A stretch of 48,152 nt of DNA from Verrucomicrobiia bacterium (GTDB lineage Bacteria; Verrucomicrobiota; Verrucomicrobiia; Verrucomicrobiales; Akkermansiaceae), in assembly GCA_947460915.1 (NCBI GenBank), contig CANHKJ010000001.1:1-48152 (forward strand), given 5' to 3'. The translations under genes and the position numbers were made by a program. Numbering within the stretch: position 1 is the stretch's first letter; every line of letters starts with the position of its first letter. The notes under the pieces were generated by a model that saw only the letters and a list, made by a program, of their open reading frames with translations, did not search any database and had not been told where the DNA came from. Shown here piece after piece: positions 15,931 through 25,693 of this stretch.

Positions 15931-18723
15931 TCAACCAGTGGTGCGCAGGCCTGAGGCGATAGCGTTGATGGAGAGCAGTAGTTTCGGTAGGATTTGCTCT
16001 GCTTGTTCGTTGTTTTCTTGGCTTTGCGCCTTACGCCAATCGCGCAGTAAGGCAACCTGTTGAGAGTGCAATACGGCGAGCGGTTCATCGCGGATGGCTA
16101 GAGTTTTTGCCATACGCGGGCGGCGGGTTTCCATGCCTCCATCAAAAAGGGCTGCGAGTTGTTCCTTGGTGCGCTCAAATTCCTCGGTGATGAGGCTCAT
16201 GAAGTTGCTGCGCAGGGCTTTGTCGAGAACCAAAGTGGCATAGTCAGCCATGATTTCTGGGTTGGCAGAGTGGAGGTTGGTTTCGACGTTAGTGAAGAGG
16301 TAGGAAATGAAAGGGGTATCAAGTAAGGCTTCCTTGAGTGCTGCAAATTCTTGGGGTTGCTGGAGATGAAGTTCTTCGAGAGCGGATCCGACACCGAACC
16401 ATCCAGGGAGGTAGAAGCGAGCTTGGGTCCAAGAGAACACCCACGGAATTGCTCGTAGATCCGCGATACTGTGGCCTTTTTTGCCAGTTCTGCGTGCAGG
16501 GCGCGAGCCGATTCGGGCGTTTTCTAAAGCGTCGATTGGTGTCACTTGACGATAGAAGTCGATGAAGCCGGGTTTACGCAAAAATCCTTGGTAGGCGGCT
16601 GTGCTGGTGCAGGATAGGTGATTGAGAAGTCGGAAAAGTTGGTCGTTTTTGCTCGGTGCAGGACTATGGCTGTGATGGGCAGTGGTAACAGCGGCTCCTG
16701 CGAGGAGGAGTTCAAGGTTGTAGGTTGCATTCGCCAAATTGGCGTATTTTTGGGCAATGGTTTCTCCCTGTTCGGTCATGCGGAAGCCGCCTGACATGGA
16801 TCCGTGAGGCAGTGATGCCATGAACCAATGGGTGGGACCTGCGCCGCGGGAAATGGTGCCACCGCGACCGTGGAAGTAACGGAAATGGAGCTGGAACTGC
16901 TTTGCTGTATCGGTGAGGCGTGTTTCGGCACGATGAAGAGCCCATTGGGCGGCGAGGATTCCGCAATCTTTGTTCGAGTCTGAATAACCGAGCATGATTT
17001 GCTGAGAGGCTGGACCAGCAGTGCAGGCAAGGCCGGTGCAGCTGCGGTGGCGATTGAGGATAGAGCGCATGACAATCTCATGAGTGAGATATTGCTCCAT
17101 GATTTGCGGTGCGCGATCGAGGTCGTCCATGGTCTCGAAGAGCGGCACGACTTCGAGCGGGCACCAGAGGCCAGCAGCATCTTGTTCCATGAGTCCAGCC
17201 TCGCGAGAGAGGATGAAAACTCCGAGGAGATCGCTGACTTGGCGGGTCATGGATACAATGAGTGCTCCAATGCCTGATGAGCCATTGCTGCGACGATGCG
17301 CGGCGACGACACGATAGGCTTGCAAAACAAGCTGAGCTTGCTCTCCCGCGACGGAAGTATCGTGCAGAAAAGGTCGCGCGGATTGGAGCTCGGATGCCAG
17401 GAACTCGACTCGCTTGCTTTCTTCCCATTGCGCGTAGTTTTCACCATCGGAAATGCCAGCGGCATGGAGGAGTTGAGCGATGGCTTGATCGTGAAACTCC
17501 GAGTTTTGGCGGATATCGAGGGTGGCAAGGTGGAATCCGAAAATTTGAAGTTTGTGGCGAAGAGGGCGAATGTGCTCTTCGACGATCAATTCACAGCCGT
17601 TGGAGGAAATGGTTCGGGCGATGAGTGCGAGATCTGCGTCGACTTGCTCGGGGCGCTGGTAGATGCAGAGGTTGCCGTCCATTTCCTCGGCATGCTTGAT
17701 TGCGAGCATCATGAGCGAGGCCAATTGACGCCATGGTTCCTCGCCGAAACGGTCAAAGATTTCTGAGGTTAGTTCCTCGGGAAGTGCTGCGGCGAGTTCT
17801 TGAATGCGGCTGGTCATTTCCGCAGGCACTTGATTGAGGTGCAGCGAAAGGGTGAGAGTTTGTGAGAGAAGGGAGAGTTCTCGTTGGAGAAGTTGGAAGG
17901 CGCCGCGGCGGAGAAGTTTGAGTGCTTTTTCGGTGACCTCGGGGGTGACGAGCGGGTGCCCATCGCGGTCGCCGCCGATCCATGTGCCAAAGCTCAAGCG
18001 CGGAATGTTTCCAGCTGCACGCAGGAGGTCGAGCGGGAAGCCGGCATCGCGCCATGCCTCCGTAAAGTGTAGATCGAGCCGATCAAGAGCGGCGGGAAAG
18101 AGATCGCGCAAGTAGTGAATGGCGTCTCGTAATTCGCGGAAAATATCGGGGCGCGTGAGGTGAATTTCACCAGTGCGCCACAGTGTTTGCAGAGCGGTGA
18201 CGATGCGATCACGGATGCGGCGCTTTTCGCGATTGGTGAATTTGGGAAACTCGTAGCGCACCAGTTCATCGTAGAGCGCGCGGTGACGCTCGCGAACAGA
18301 GGCGCGTTTGGCCTCGGTCGGGTGGGCGGTGAGCACAGGTTGCACATCGACGTCTGCTAAGACGGAAAGAATTTGCTCGGGGCTGAGGCCGATGTTTTGC
18401 ATATCGCGCAGCGCCTGGGGCCAGAGGCCGCGGATGGAAGTTGCTCCGAGTTCTTTCTCGCGCTCACGGCGAATGGCGGCTGCCACGCGCTCCTCGACCA
18501 TGTTGAGGAGTTGGAAGCCAATGGAGTATAGTTGCTGAATGCCTTCGGGAGGGGCTTCATCAGGCACTTCATGATCGGACCAAGGAAGGTAGGGGAGAAG
18601 TTTGTCTTCGCCGAGGCCTTTGAGTGCGTCGCCGAGGCATTCGACGAGAAATGTTAGAGTTTCATCGATGAGTTCGAAGCCCTCGAGACGAAGACGTTGG
18701 CGAGCGATTGGTTCTTGAGACAC
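15931..18723 (-). CDS. ppc: Phosphoenolpyruvate carboxylase
   Basis: 930 aa with VLTAHPTEAKR, GYSDSNKDCGILAAQW, FHGRGGTISRGAGP and the C-terminal ...ASGLRTTG. Confidence 0.95.
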   Translation of the reverse strand: MSQEPIARQRLRLEGFELIDETLTFLVECLGDALKGLGEDKLLPYLPWSDHEVPDEAPPEGIQQLYSIGFQLLNMVEERVAAAIRREREKELGATSIRGLWPQALRDMQNIGLSPEQILSVLADVDVQPVLTAHPTEAKRASVRERHRALYDELVRYEFPKFTNREKRRIRDRIVTALQTLWRTGEIHLTRPDIFRELRDAIHYLRDLFPAALDRLDLHFTEAWRDAGFPLDLLRAAGNIPRLSFGTWIGGDRDGHPLVTPEVTEKALKLLRRGAFQLLQRELSLLSQTLTLSLHLNQVPAEMTSRIQELAAALPEELTSEIFDRFGEEPWRQLASLMMLAIKHAEEMDGNLCIYQRPEQVDADLALIARTISSNGCELIVEEHIRPLRHKLQIFGFHLATLDIRQNSEFHDQAIAQLLHAAGISDGENYAQWEESKRVEFLASELQSARPFLHDTSVAGEQAQLVLQAYRVVAAHRRSNGSSGIGALIVSMTRQVSDLLGVFILSREAGLMEQDAAGLWCPLEVVPLFETMDDLDRAPQIMEQYLTHEIVMRSILNRHRSCTGLACTAGPASQQIMLGYSDSNKDCGILAAQWALHRAETRLTDTAKQFQLHFRYFHGRGGTISRGAGPTHWFMASLPHGSMSGGFRMTEQGETIAQKYANLANATYNLELLLAGAAVTTAHHSHSPAPSKNDQLFRLLNHLSCTSTAAYQGFLRKPGFIDFYRQVTPIDALENARIGSRPARRTGKKGHSIADLRAIPWVFSWTQARFYLPGWFGVGSALEELHLQQPQEFAALKEALLDTPFISYLFTNVETNLHSANPEIMADYATLVLDKALRSNFMSLITEEFERTKEQLAALFDGGMETRRPRMAKTLAIRDEPLAVLHSQQVALLRDWRKAQSQENNEQAEQILPKLLLSINAIASGLRTTG

Positions 18724-18917
18724 AAAGAGAAGTTCGGTTAGATGGCGAAAAATGAATTGGCGTAGTTTGCTGAGAGGAAACTAAGCAAGCAACGTGCCGA
18801 TTTCGCGGAAAATCAGCACTCGGATGTTCTAAATGAAGTCGCCCGAGGTGTCGAGAGCGATGCGATGCATGACGAGCAATTTTACGCCGCTGAAATGAAT
18901 TTGGGAATGATGCTGGA

Positions 18918-19589
18918 TTACTTGGCAGTAGGTTGGCTGAGAAATTTTTTGCGCATTTCTGCTGCGGCAATCAGTTGCTTAGCTTGGCTGATGCTATCGA
19001 GTAGCGCCATGGCTTCTTTTTCGTATTGCCGAGCTTTAGCGTATCCAGCTTTGTCGGGAACGATCTCGGGGTTGCTGTAACGGTTTCCATAGGAATCGTA
19101 GCTGTTGCGGTAAATTGTTCTAGTGCGCGATCGCTCGATCTGGGCATTTTGCATCAGATTATGGCGTCGAGTTTGTGCATCGCTGATTTTGAGCTGCATC
19201 ATATTGATGTAGCCATCGATTTTGGCGATGGAGAGCTCGTTGGTGTCGATTTTTTCTGACAAGTCAGAGCTGGTAGTTGACTTGTTTTCAAGTTCACGCG
19301 CGATGGCTTGCTCGGTGGCGATGGCAATTTGCTGTTCGCGCTTTTTCTGCTCTTCCGCCTTGGTAAAGTCGAATTGGTATTTTTTTTGAAGTTCGATGGG
19401 CAAGCGTTCAAATCCAATGCGCCCTACGCCTCCGGCATGATTAATCTTGATACCAACGGCATCGTGGCTGACGATGGTGACAGCATGGTATTCACGGCCA
19501 TCGCGCGTGGTAATTTTTTCCAATTTCTGTGGTTCCGCCATCGCTGTCATGGAGATTATCAAAAACAGAATTGCTGGAATTTGTTTCAT
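18918..19589 (-). CDS. Secreted hypothetical protein: small beta N-domain plus coiled-coil. Last co-directional gene after the Bat-type operon
   Basis: Signal peptide MKQIPAILFLIISMTAMAEP, and a heptad-rich K/E/Q middle region. I recognise no family. Confidence 0.55.
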   Translation of the reverse strand: MKQIPAILFLIISMTAMAEPQKLEKITTRDGREYHAVTIVSHDAVGIKINHAGGVGRIGFERLPIELQKKYQFDFTKAEEQKKREQQIAIATEQAIARELENKSTTSSDLSEKIDTNELSIAKIDGYINMMQLKISDAQTRRHNLMQNAQIERSRTRTIYRNSYDSYGNRYSNPEIVPDKAGYAKARQYEKEAMALLDSISQAKQLIAAAEMRKKFLSQPTAK

Positions 19590-19660
19590 GGAAGCGGATT
19601 AGCAGAATATTGAGAATCTGTCAATCGAAAAGCATTTTCGAGCCTGGTGAAGTTCGATTG

Positions 19661-22105
19661 CTAAGCAGAAGGTCCTTTTTCTTCTTGCGAGGCAGGTTGG
19701 AAGGAAGGGGTGGTGGGAGGTGAAGTGGGCACGAGAGGTTCGATATGCTCGACGGGAATCCAGCCGCGTGTTTGGGTGGCGAAGGCAACATAAATCCAGC
19801 GATCACTGCGTTGGATGACTCGGCACAGTGAGCCTCCTGGTGCCTGGATGACCTGCCCTGCGCTGCGCGAGGCATCAGCAAAAATGGTGGCTTTATCAGT
19901 CACGATCACTGCCTGATCCGAGTATGGGGCAAACTGTGAGTCATCTGGGTAGTAGTGCCTTCCTACGGCACAGGCGATCGATAGCAATGGGCCGATGACC
20001 AGAGCGGCAACGGCGGCGATGCGCAGCTTACTGCCCGAGCGGGTGGCAGGAAATATGAGCAAGCTAATCACCGCGGCCCAAGCGCAAGCAAACAGTGAGT
20101 TGGTAAGCCATGTCTCGGGAATCTGCGTTAGTTTGTATTGGTAATCCGGGCGCTTGATGGTGAGGGCGCCGAATTTTCTCTCAAGAAAACGCAGGTTTTG
20201 GCGGGCTTCGGCGTGCTGGGGTTCGACCATGAGTGCGCGGCGGTAGTAGAGGGCTGCTTGTCCTTGCGAGCCGGAGCGGTAGCAAGTATTGCCGATGTTG
20301 TAGAGAGTGGCGGCACTCAGGGTTTCATAGGGGCCTGAGGATAGCCATTTGGTGATCGCTTCTTTATAGTTGCCTTGCTCATACAATTGCTCAGCTGTGG
20401 GTGTTGGCGCGATTTCTTCAGCTGACGAAGGAGGGGAAATGCAGCATAGCCCTAGTCCGAAGATTGCTAACATCACGAGCTTTCGCAGGGTTTTAAGAAT
20501 CTCTTTGCGACGGGATGAGGTCATGACTGGTGGGTTGGTGGTTGGCAGAAAGCAAGACTGATCACGCTCATCGAGGATTGATTGGATTTCCGACGATGGT
20601 TGTTGGGATGGGCTCCATTTTTCGATAAAACGTCCAGCGTGACGGAGAAACTGAGCAGGATCGTCAGAGGCTTGTTCTAGTAGTTTCCAATCAGCTTTCC
20701 GTTCGATCATGCATGGTGTGGGGCGCATGCGGGGAAGTAATTTTCGATAGAAAATCGCAAAACAAAGCACGAGTGTAACGATGAGCGGAATGAGATGCCA
20801 AAGATGCGGTAGCGCGATGGAGGAGGAGGGCACGGTCAGTGCTGAGCCGCTGATGATTCCGAGAATGTCGGTCATTTTCTCAATTGGGATATCGGCTGCG
20901 GCCGGTATCATCGCTGCGTTGTTTGGCGACTGCATGACTGCAGTGGATGGAGCTACAGTGAGCGGAATCGGTGGCGTGCTCACGACTTTGTATTCTCCGA
21001 GATCGGGATCGAAATAGGGGAGTTGAAAAGGTGGCACTAGTAATTGGCGTGAAGTCGGCCGCATAAACTGTTTGAACGTCACGGTGCCTTTTTGGAAGCG
21101 ACGTTCTTCACCCATTTGATTGCGTGTGGCATCGTAGAGCTTCCATTGCTCCGGATCAGAGAGGATCGGGGCATCCATGGAATCAAGGTTGCCTTTGCCG
21201 GAAACTTGGAGCTCTACATTGATGGGATCCCCTTCGCGAAGTTCGGTATCGGACACGCTGGCATCGATTGTGAACGTTCCAATGGCATTGGTGAAGCCTT
21301 TGGGTGGATTGGGTGGCAAGGGTTTCGCGTCCAGATCTAGTGCCTCTGCATTGAGATAAAGTGGCAGAGCATTGCGCTCGAATCCGAATTGGCCAAGCAC
21401 ATTTTGTAGGGCGATGAGGCGTATCTTCGCGGGACCGACGCGCACATTGCCTGCTTGGGATGCTGACATGTTGCTGGGGTAGGAAGCGCATTGGTAATTT
21501 GCTCCTAACAAAATTACATTGCCGATTTGTGGTCGTGGCTCAAAGCGCCATGCTGTGATACCACTCCGTTCGAAGTCAGGAATGCCCCATTCCTCAATGC
21601 GTATATTTGCGGGGAAATATACCTTAAGCTCGACGGGGACGATTTCACCCACATAAGGATTGGTTTTTGTAGTCTTGAAAAATGCTGCATAAGGGATGAT
21701 CTCGTCGCCGATCTTGAGCTCAGAAAAAGTGAGTGATTTTGCATCGAACACCTCGAAACTGATCGGATCGCTTTCAACGGTCTCATCGCCTACACGCATG
21801 GTGATTTTCGGAATGGTATGGGCGCCAACCTCGAAGGAACTGATTTGGTATTGATAGACGTAACCGATTTTGCGTCCGGGAAGTATGGTGGTGTTTGGGC
21901 CGCCAAAACCACGCGGTTGCACTACGACTCCGGGGATGGCAGGTAAGCGCAGTGATTCAGGTGGCGTGACATCGGCAAGGGTGATTTCCATCACGGTTTG
22001 CTCGCCACGTACGATGAAGCGACTTGCAAGGGATACCTCAAGGGAGGCGGCCTGTGTCAATGCGAACATCGCTAAGGTGATGAGGGCTGAGATGAGATTT
22101 TTCAT
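19661..22105 (-). CDS. BatD-like oxygen-tolerance protein fused to a BatE-like module (TPR, TM segments, C-terminal SH3-like domain)
   Basis: 814 aa. Signal peptide, then a long beta-rich BatD-type ectodomain, a TM segment, a TPR segment (LYEQGNYKEAI...AALYYRRALMVEPQHAEARQNL), further TM segments, and ...CRVIQRSDRWIYVAFATQTRGWIPVEHIE (SH3b-like). Confidence 0.7.
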   Translation of the reverse strand: MKNLISALITLAMFALTQAASLEVSLASRFIVRGEQTVMEITLADVTPPESLRLPAIPGVVVQPRGFGGPNTTILPGRKIGYVYQYQISSFEVGAHTIPKITMRVGDETVESDPISFEVFDAKSLTFSELKIGDEIIPYAAFFKTTKTNPYVGEIVPVELKVYFPANIRIEEWGIPDFERSGITAWRFEPRPQIGNVILLGANYQCASYPSNMSASQAGNVRVGPAKIRLIALQNVLGQFGFERNALPLYLNAEALDLDAKPLPPNPPKGFTNAIGTFTIDASVSDTELREGDPINVELQVSGKGNLDSMDAPILSDPEQWKLYDATRNQMGEERRFQKGTVTFKQFMRPTSRQLLVPPFQLPYFDPDLGEYKVVSTPPIPLTVAPSTAVMQSPNNAAMIPAAADIPIEKMTDILGIISGSALTVPSSSIALPHLWHLIPLIVTLVLCFAIFYRKLLPRMRPTPCMIERKADWKLLEQASDDPAQFLRHAGRFIEKWSPSQQPSSEIQSILDERDQSCFLPTTNPPVMTSSRRKEILKTLRKLVMLAIFGLGLCCISPPSSAEEIAPTPTAEQLYEQGNYKEAITKWLSSGPYETLSAATLYNIGNTCYRSGSQGQAALYYRRALMVEPQHAEARQNLRFLERKFGALTIKRPDYQYKLTQIPETWLTNSLFACAWAAVISLLIFPATRSGSKLRIAAVAALVIGPLLSIACAVGRHYYPDDSQFAPYSDQAVIVTDKATIFADASRSAGQVIQAPGGSLCRVIQRSDRWIYVAFATQTRGWIPVEHIEPLVPTSPPTTPSFQPASQEEKGPSA

Positions 22106-22129
22106 GAGCTAAATATTTCGATATATGAG

Positions 22130-24100
22130 TTACCAATCTTTTTCGGGTCGGCGGAATTCGAAACGACCGGGCGCGACGATTCCTCGTTGTAAGTCGGCAT
22201 TTTCGTTCAGTTTACGCAGAGCCGACTGCTCTTTGGTCTCGCCGGGTTGTTGGTCCGCGCCGTGTTCGTTTTTGGGGTCAGGTTTTTCATCTTTCTGCTT
22301 GCCATTGGGATCGTTACCTTGATTTTTATTCCCTGATTTGCCATCGCCAGGAGAGCCTTCTTTGCCTTTACCTTCGCCATCTCCTTCACCCTCGCCTTCC
22401 CCTTCAGAGTCTTGACCTTCGCCTGGACCCTCACCCTCGCCCTCGCCTTGACCACCCATTTGCGCTTGCATCTCTTTTTTCTGATCCTCCAGAGCCTTGC
22501 GCAGCATTTCCAGATAAGTTTTGCTGGTATGATGGAGTTGTTTCGCTTCGGGGTTTTGAGGGTCCATACTCAGAATGGATTGTGCATGTCTAACGGAATC
22601 GGCCCAGTTAAGCATTACATTGCGCATGGTGCGATAGCCCTCTGATGGCGTTTTCGCATCCGTTTTATCGTCCTTCATCCATTCGGCCACGCGATCTTTG
22701 AAATGCTCCTCGAATTGAGCGGGGCCAAATTCGAGCCCGGGATAATTTTCACCGCTAGAGAGTTCTTGCCAGCCGAGTTGGAATAGCAAATGACTGAGTC
22801 CCTGATGCGCCGCTTTGCGAATGGCGGAATCTTCTGTGGTTAACGCTTGTGAGTATGATTTGCGAGCCTCGGGAATCTCACCGAGCCGGTATTCGGCTGT
22901 TGCTTTGCCTAACATCAGGGACGAGTGCTCAATGCTGCCGGGAACTTCGTCGGCGGCTAACATGGAGAAAATATCACGAGCTTGGGTAAAATCATTCCCC
23001 TCCATTGCTGCGCGGGCATCGGAGATCGATGCATCAGTTTCCCCATGGGTGGGAGTGGCCATCATGAATGCGAAGGCGATCATTGCAGTGGACGTAGTGA
23101 TCCTTGATACTGCGCGCCAGCGAGTGCTGAGCAGTATGGCCGCCAGTAGCAAGAGTATGGCAGGAAACAACGTCCATTGGAAAAGTTCTTGCGCAGAAAT
23201 TTTTTCACGTCCCTTAAGCTCGAACGACTCCAAATCGGAAACAGCGGATTTGATCATGGCGGGAATGTCTGCGGATGATTGAGCAATGGTGAAACGCCCA
23301 CCTGCTTGCTCGGCGAAATTTCTCAGGGTAGCAGTCTGTAGTCGGCTGATGACGACATCACCCTTAACATCTCGAAACTTTCCATCGGCTTCTTTTTCAT
23401 CAGGAATAAAGCCGCCATCTTCGGTGCCAATGCCAACAGCGAAAACGTAGGTGCCCGATTCTTTGATATCTTGCAAGGTGTTGAGAATTTTTGGCGAGTG
23501 CTCTTCGCCATCGGATAGAACCAGTAAGCCATTATTCGTCTGAGCGGTTTCCTTGAGCGTGGCAACAGCCAACTTGATCGCGCTGGCTAAATCCGAACCA
23601 CCTGTGGGAATGGAATCATAATCCAGTTGTTCTACTGTCTCACGAACGGCGCTGTGATCTATGGTGAGAGGGGCAAAAAGAAAGGGCGAACTAGAAAATC
23701 CGACAACACCAATGCGATCGTTGGGCAATGTTTCTAGCAGTTCATAAATCAAGGCTTTGGCTTGATCCAAACGAGAAGGGGATAAGTCGCCCGTTTTCAT
23801 CGATCTTGAGAGGTCTAACACAATGATCAAGTTCCGACCTTTGGTATTTTCCACTTTTTTGCTCTCATCGATTTGTGGACCAGCCACACTGATGATCATG
23901 AACAAAAGGGCTAACAGCAGTGCGGAAAATCCGAGCCATCGGGGCAGGGAAGAGGCGCGATTGATCAAACGGCTGCGCAGGCGATCAGCCACAAATGCCT
24001 TCCACACAGAGCGTTTGCGCTGCAGCGCAATCAGAGCGATGATGACAAGCAATGGCAGGAGCAAAATGAAGAAAAATGCGTAGTAGTGAGCGAAGGACAT
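22130..24100 (-). CDS. VWA-domain membrane protein with a TPR region (BatB/BatC-like fusion) and a Gly/Glu-rich low-complexity tail
   Basis: N-terminal TM segments, VWA MIDAS segment LIIVLDLSRSM...GGSDL...LVLSDGE, a second TM segment, TPR-like helices, then GEGEGEGPGEGQDSEGEGEGEGDGEGKGKEG. Confidence 0.8.
   Translation of the reverse strand: MSFAHYYAFFFILLLPLLVIIALIALQRKRSVWKAFVADRLRSRLINRASSLPRWLGFSALLLALLFMIISVAGPQIDESKKVENTKGRNLIIVLDLSRSMKTGDLSPSRLDQAKALIYELLETLPNDRIGVVGFSSSPFLFAPLTIDHSAVRETVEQLDYDSIPTGGSDLASAIKLAVATLKETAQTNNGLLVLSDGEEHSPKILNTLQDIKESGTYVFAVGIGTEDGGFIPDEKEADGKFRDVKGDVVISRLQTATLRNFAEQAGGRFTIAQSSADIPAMIKSAVSDLESFELKGREKISAQELFQWTLFPAILLLLAAILLSTRWRAVSRITTSTAMIAFAFMMATPTHGETDASISDARAAMEGNDFTQARDIFSMLAADEVPGSIEHSSLMLGKATAEYRLGEIPEARKSYSQALTTEDSAIRKAAHQGLSHLLFQLGWQELSSGENYPGLEFGPAQFEEHFKDRVAEWMKDDKTDAKTPSEGYRTMRNVMLNWADSVRHAQSILSMDPQNPEAKQLHHTSKTYLEMLRKALEDQKKEMQAQMGGQGEGEGEGPGEGQDSEGEGEGEGDGEGKGKEGSPGDGKSGNKNQGNDPNGKQKDEKPDPKNEHGADQQPGETKEQSALRKLNENADLQRGIVAPGRFEFRRPEKDW
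22245..22456 (-). repeat. Coding low-complexity tract (Gly-Glu/Asp/Lys/Asn-rich) in the tail of the VWA-TPR protein
   Basis: Translation GGQGEGEGEGPGEGQDSEGEGEGEGDGEGKGKEGSPGDGKSGNKNQGNDPNGKQKDEKPDPKNE. The DNA is a reiterated ccttc/ccctc-type pattern on the + strand. Confidence 0.6.
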
Positions 24101-24110
24101 GGCGGCAGAG

Positions 24111-25139
24111 TCAGTTCACACTGGGCGGAGGGTTAACTGCGATGAGCAGGGCAGCAAGAGCAGCAAGCAATAGAGCCGGATAGAGGAACCACAGATAAAG
24201 CTCGCGATCCTCGGTGACGGTATACGTTTTGCGTTCGGTTTTTTCGAGCGCATCAATGGTGCGAAAGGTGTTTTTTAGTTCGGCATTGGTCTGTGCCCAA
24301 TAATTTTCACCACCAGTCAGTCGAGAGACTTCTTGCAAGGTAGGGAGATCGAATTCTTGGCGTGGAAAGCGTTGGATGTTGCTGCTAACACGACCGTCTT
24401 TGGTGCCGAGGGCGACTGCATAAATTTTGATATCGAGATCAGCCGCATACTTGGCGGCATCGATGGGAGAAATTTTACCTGAGTTGTTTGCTCCATCGGT
24501 AATGAGCACAATGATTTTCGATTTGGCATCACGGGCGTGGAGTCGTGTCGCGGCGGCAGAAATGGCAGAGCCGATTGCTGTTCCTTGCTCACGAACGGTG
24601 CCTGCTCCGTATCCGTCATTTTTGGTGAGTTTGACGCGAGCTAATCCGTTGAGTAACCAATCGTGATCTAACGTAATGGGGCTAATGTGGTAGGGTTGAC
24701 CCGAGAAAACTACGAGGCCGATGCGGTCATCGGGGCGATTTTTGACGAAATTCGTGACAACTGCTTTGGCGGCATCAAGGCGTTGGAGCGGAGTGCCTGA
24801 GCTATCATAAAAGTCATCGATCTCCATGGATAGCGAGACGTCAAAAGCAATCATGATGTCGACACCCGATGCCGTGCGATTTTGAAATTCCTCACGCCAA
24901 ACGGGGCGTGCGAGAGCAAGAATGGCAAGAGTTAACGCTGTAAGTAAGAGGGGAATGCTGAATGCTCCTGGACCTTGGCGCAGTTTTTTTCCTAACGATA
25001 CAAGGACGCTGAGAGATGAGAAAGTAAGTGTCGCTTCCGCACCGCGTCCGCGGCGCAAGAAAAGAATCGCGATGGCAGGGATGAGCAAGGTCAGCCACCA
25101 AGGAGAGAGGAAATGAAATTGAGTAAAGAGGGAGCTCAT
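24111..25139 (-). CDS. BatA-like VWA-domain membrane protein
   Basis: F.SPWWL N-terminus with TM segments, and VWA MIDAS segment IMIAFDVSLSM...GTAIG...IVLITDGANN. The start at 25139 makes an ATGA overlap with the upstream gene. Confidence 0.85.
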   Translation of the reverse strand: MSSLFTQFHFLSPWWLTLLIPAIAILFLRRGRGAEATLTFSSLSVLVSLGKKLRQGPGAFSIPLLLTALTLAILALARPVWREEFQNRTASGVDIMIAFDVSLSMEIDDFYDSSGTPLQRLDAAKAVVTNFVKNRPDDRIGLVVFSGQPYHISPITLDHDWLLNGLARVKLTKNDGYGAGTVREQGTAIGSAISAAATRLHARDAKSKIIVLITDGANNSGKISPIDAAKYAADLDIKIYAVALGTKDGRVSSNIQRFPRQEFDLPTLQEVSRLTGGENYWAQTNAELKNTFRTIDALEKTERKTYTVTEDRELYLWFLYPALLLAALAALLIAVNPPPSVN

Positions 25140-25660
25140 GGCGTTTGAGGCGTAGCAGCGCGTGCTGATTGATGCCAATGATGAAGGGCGGTAGTTGCAT
25201 CCTCGATCAATGAGGGGTGCGTGCTAGAAGATTCGTTAGGTGCATACTTGTAACGCGCAAGTGTCGCAAAGAATTGGGCGATTTCGTTCCGCATTTGTTC
25301 TGGCAAACTTGCGAGAGCATTGTGCCGTGCCATGAATTCTTCATGGGTCTCGAATAAAGATGAATCTTGTAACGCAGCAGCAAAGTAGCTGCGTAGCGTT
25401 AGCGAGGCGGCAGTTGCTTGTTGTAAGAGTGATGGCAGAGAGCGGGATTGCACTAAGCTGGCGAGAGCTTGCCGGTAAGCTTGTTCCGCAATGGCTTCAG
25501 GGGAAGTTTTTCGCGTGCGGTTCAAGCGGAATAGCCAGATGCTACAAACGATCAGGAGGATTGCGATGATCCAGATCCACCAGGGAATGCTGGGTGACGG
25601 CAGAAGGTGATTGACATCAGGGATGTCGGGCAAATCCAGCGTTGGTGGTGTTTCTTCCAT
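25136..25660 (-). CDS. Single-pass membrane protein of the Bat-operon type (DUF4381-like)
   Basis: 174 aa. PSIPWWIWIIAILLIVCSIWLFRLNRTRK followed by a helical domain. It occupies the position between DUF58 and BatA that this kind of protein holds in Bat operons. Confidence 0.6.
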   Translation of the reverse strand: MEETPPTLDLPDIPDVNHLLPSPSIPWWIWIIAILLIVCSIWLFRLNRTRKTSPEAIAEQAYRQALASLVQSRSLPSLLQQATAASLTLRSYFAAALQDSSLFETHEEFMARHNALASLPEQMRNEIAQFFATLARYKYAPNESSSTHPSLIEDATTALHHWHQSARAATPQTP

Positions 25661-25693
25661 GAATGTTTCAGTAGCGAAAAAAGGAGGACTATT

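Noticed and set aside
22245-22456. Short tandem DNA repeats that might be mistaken for a CRISPR-like or VNTR array
   Set aside because: The periodicity is 6 nt and in frame (Gly-Glu codons) inside a continuous ORF. There is no repeat-spacer structure. It is coding low complexity.
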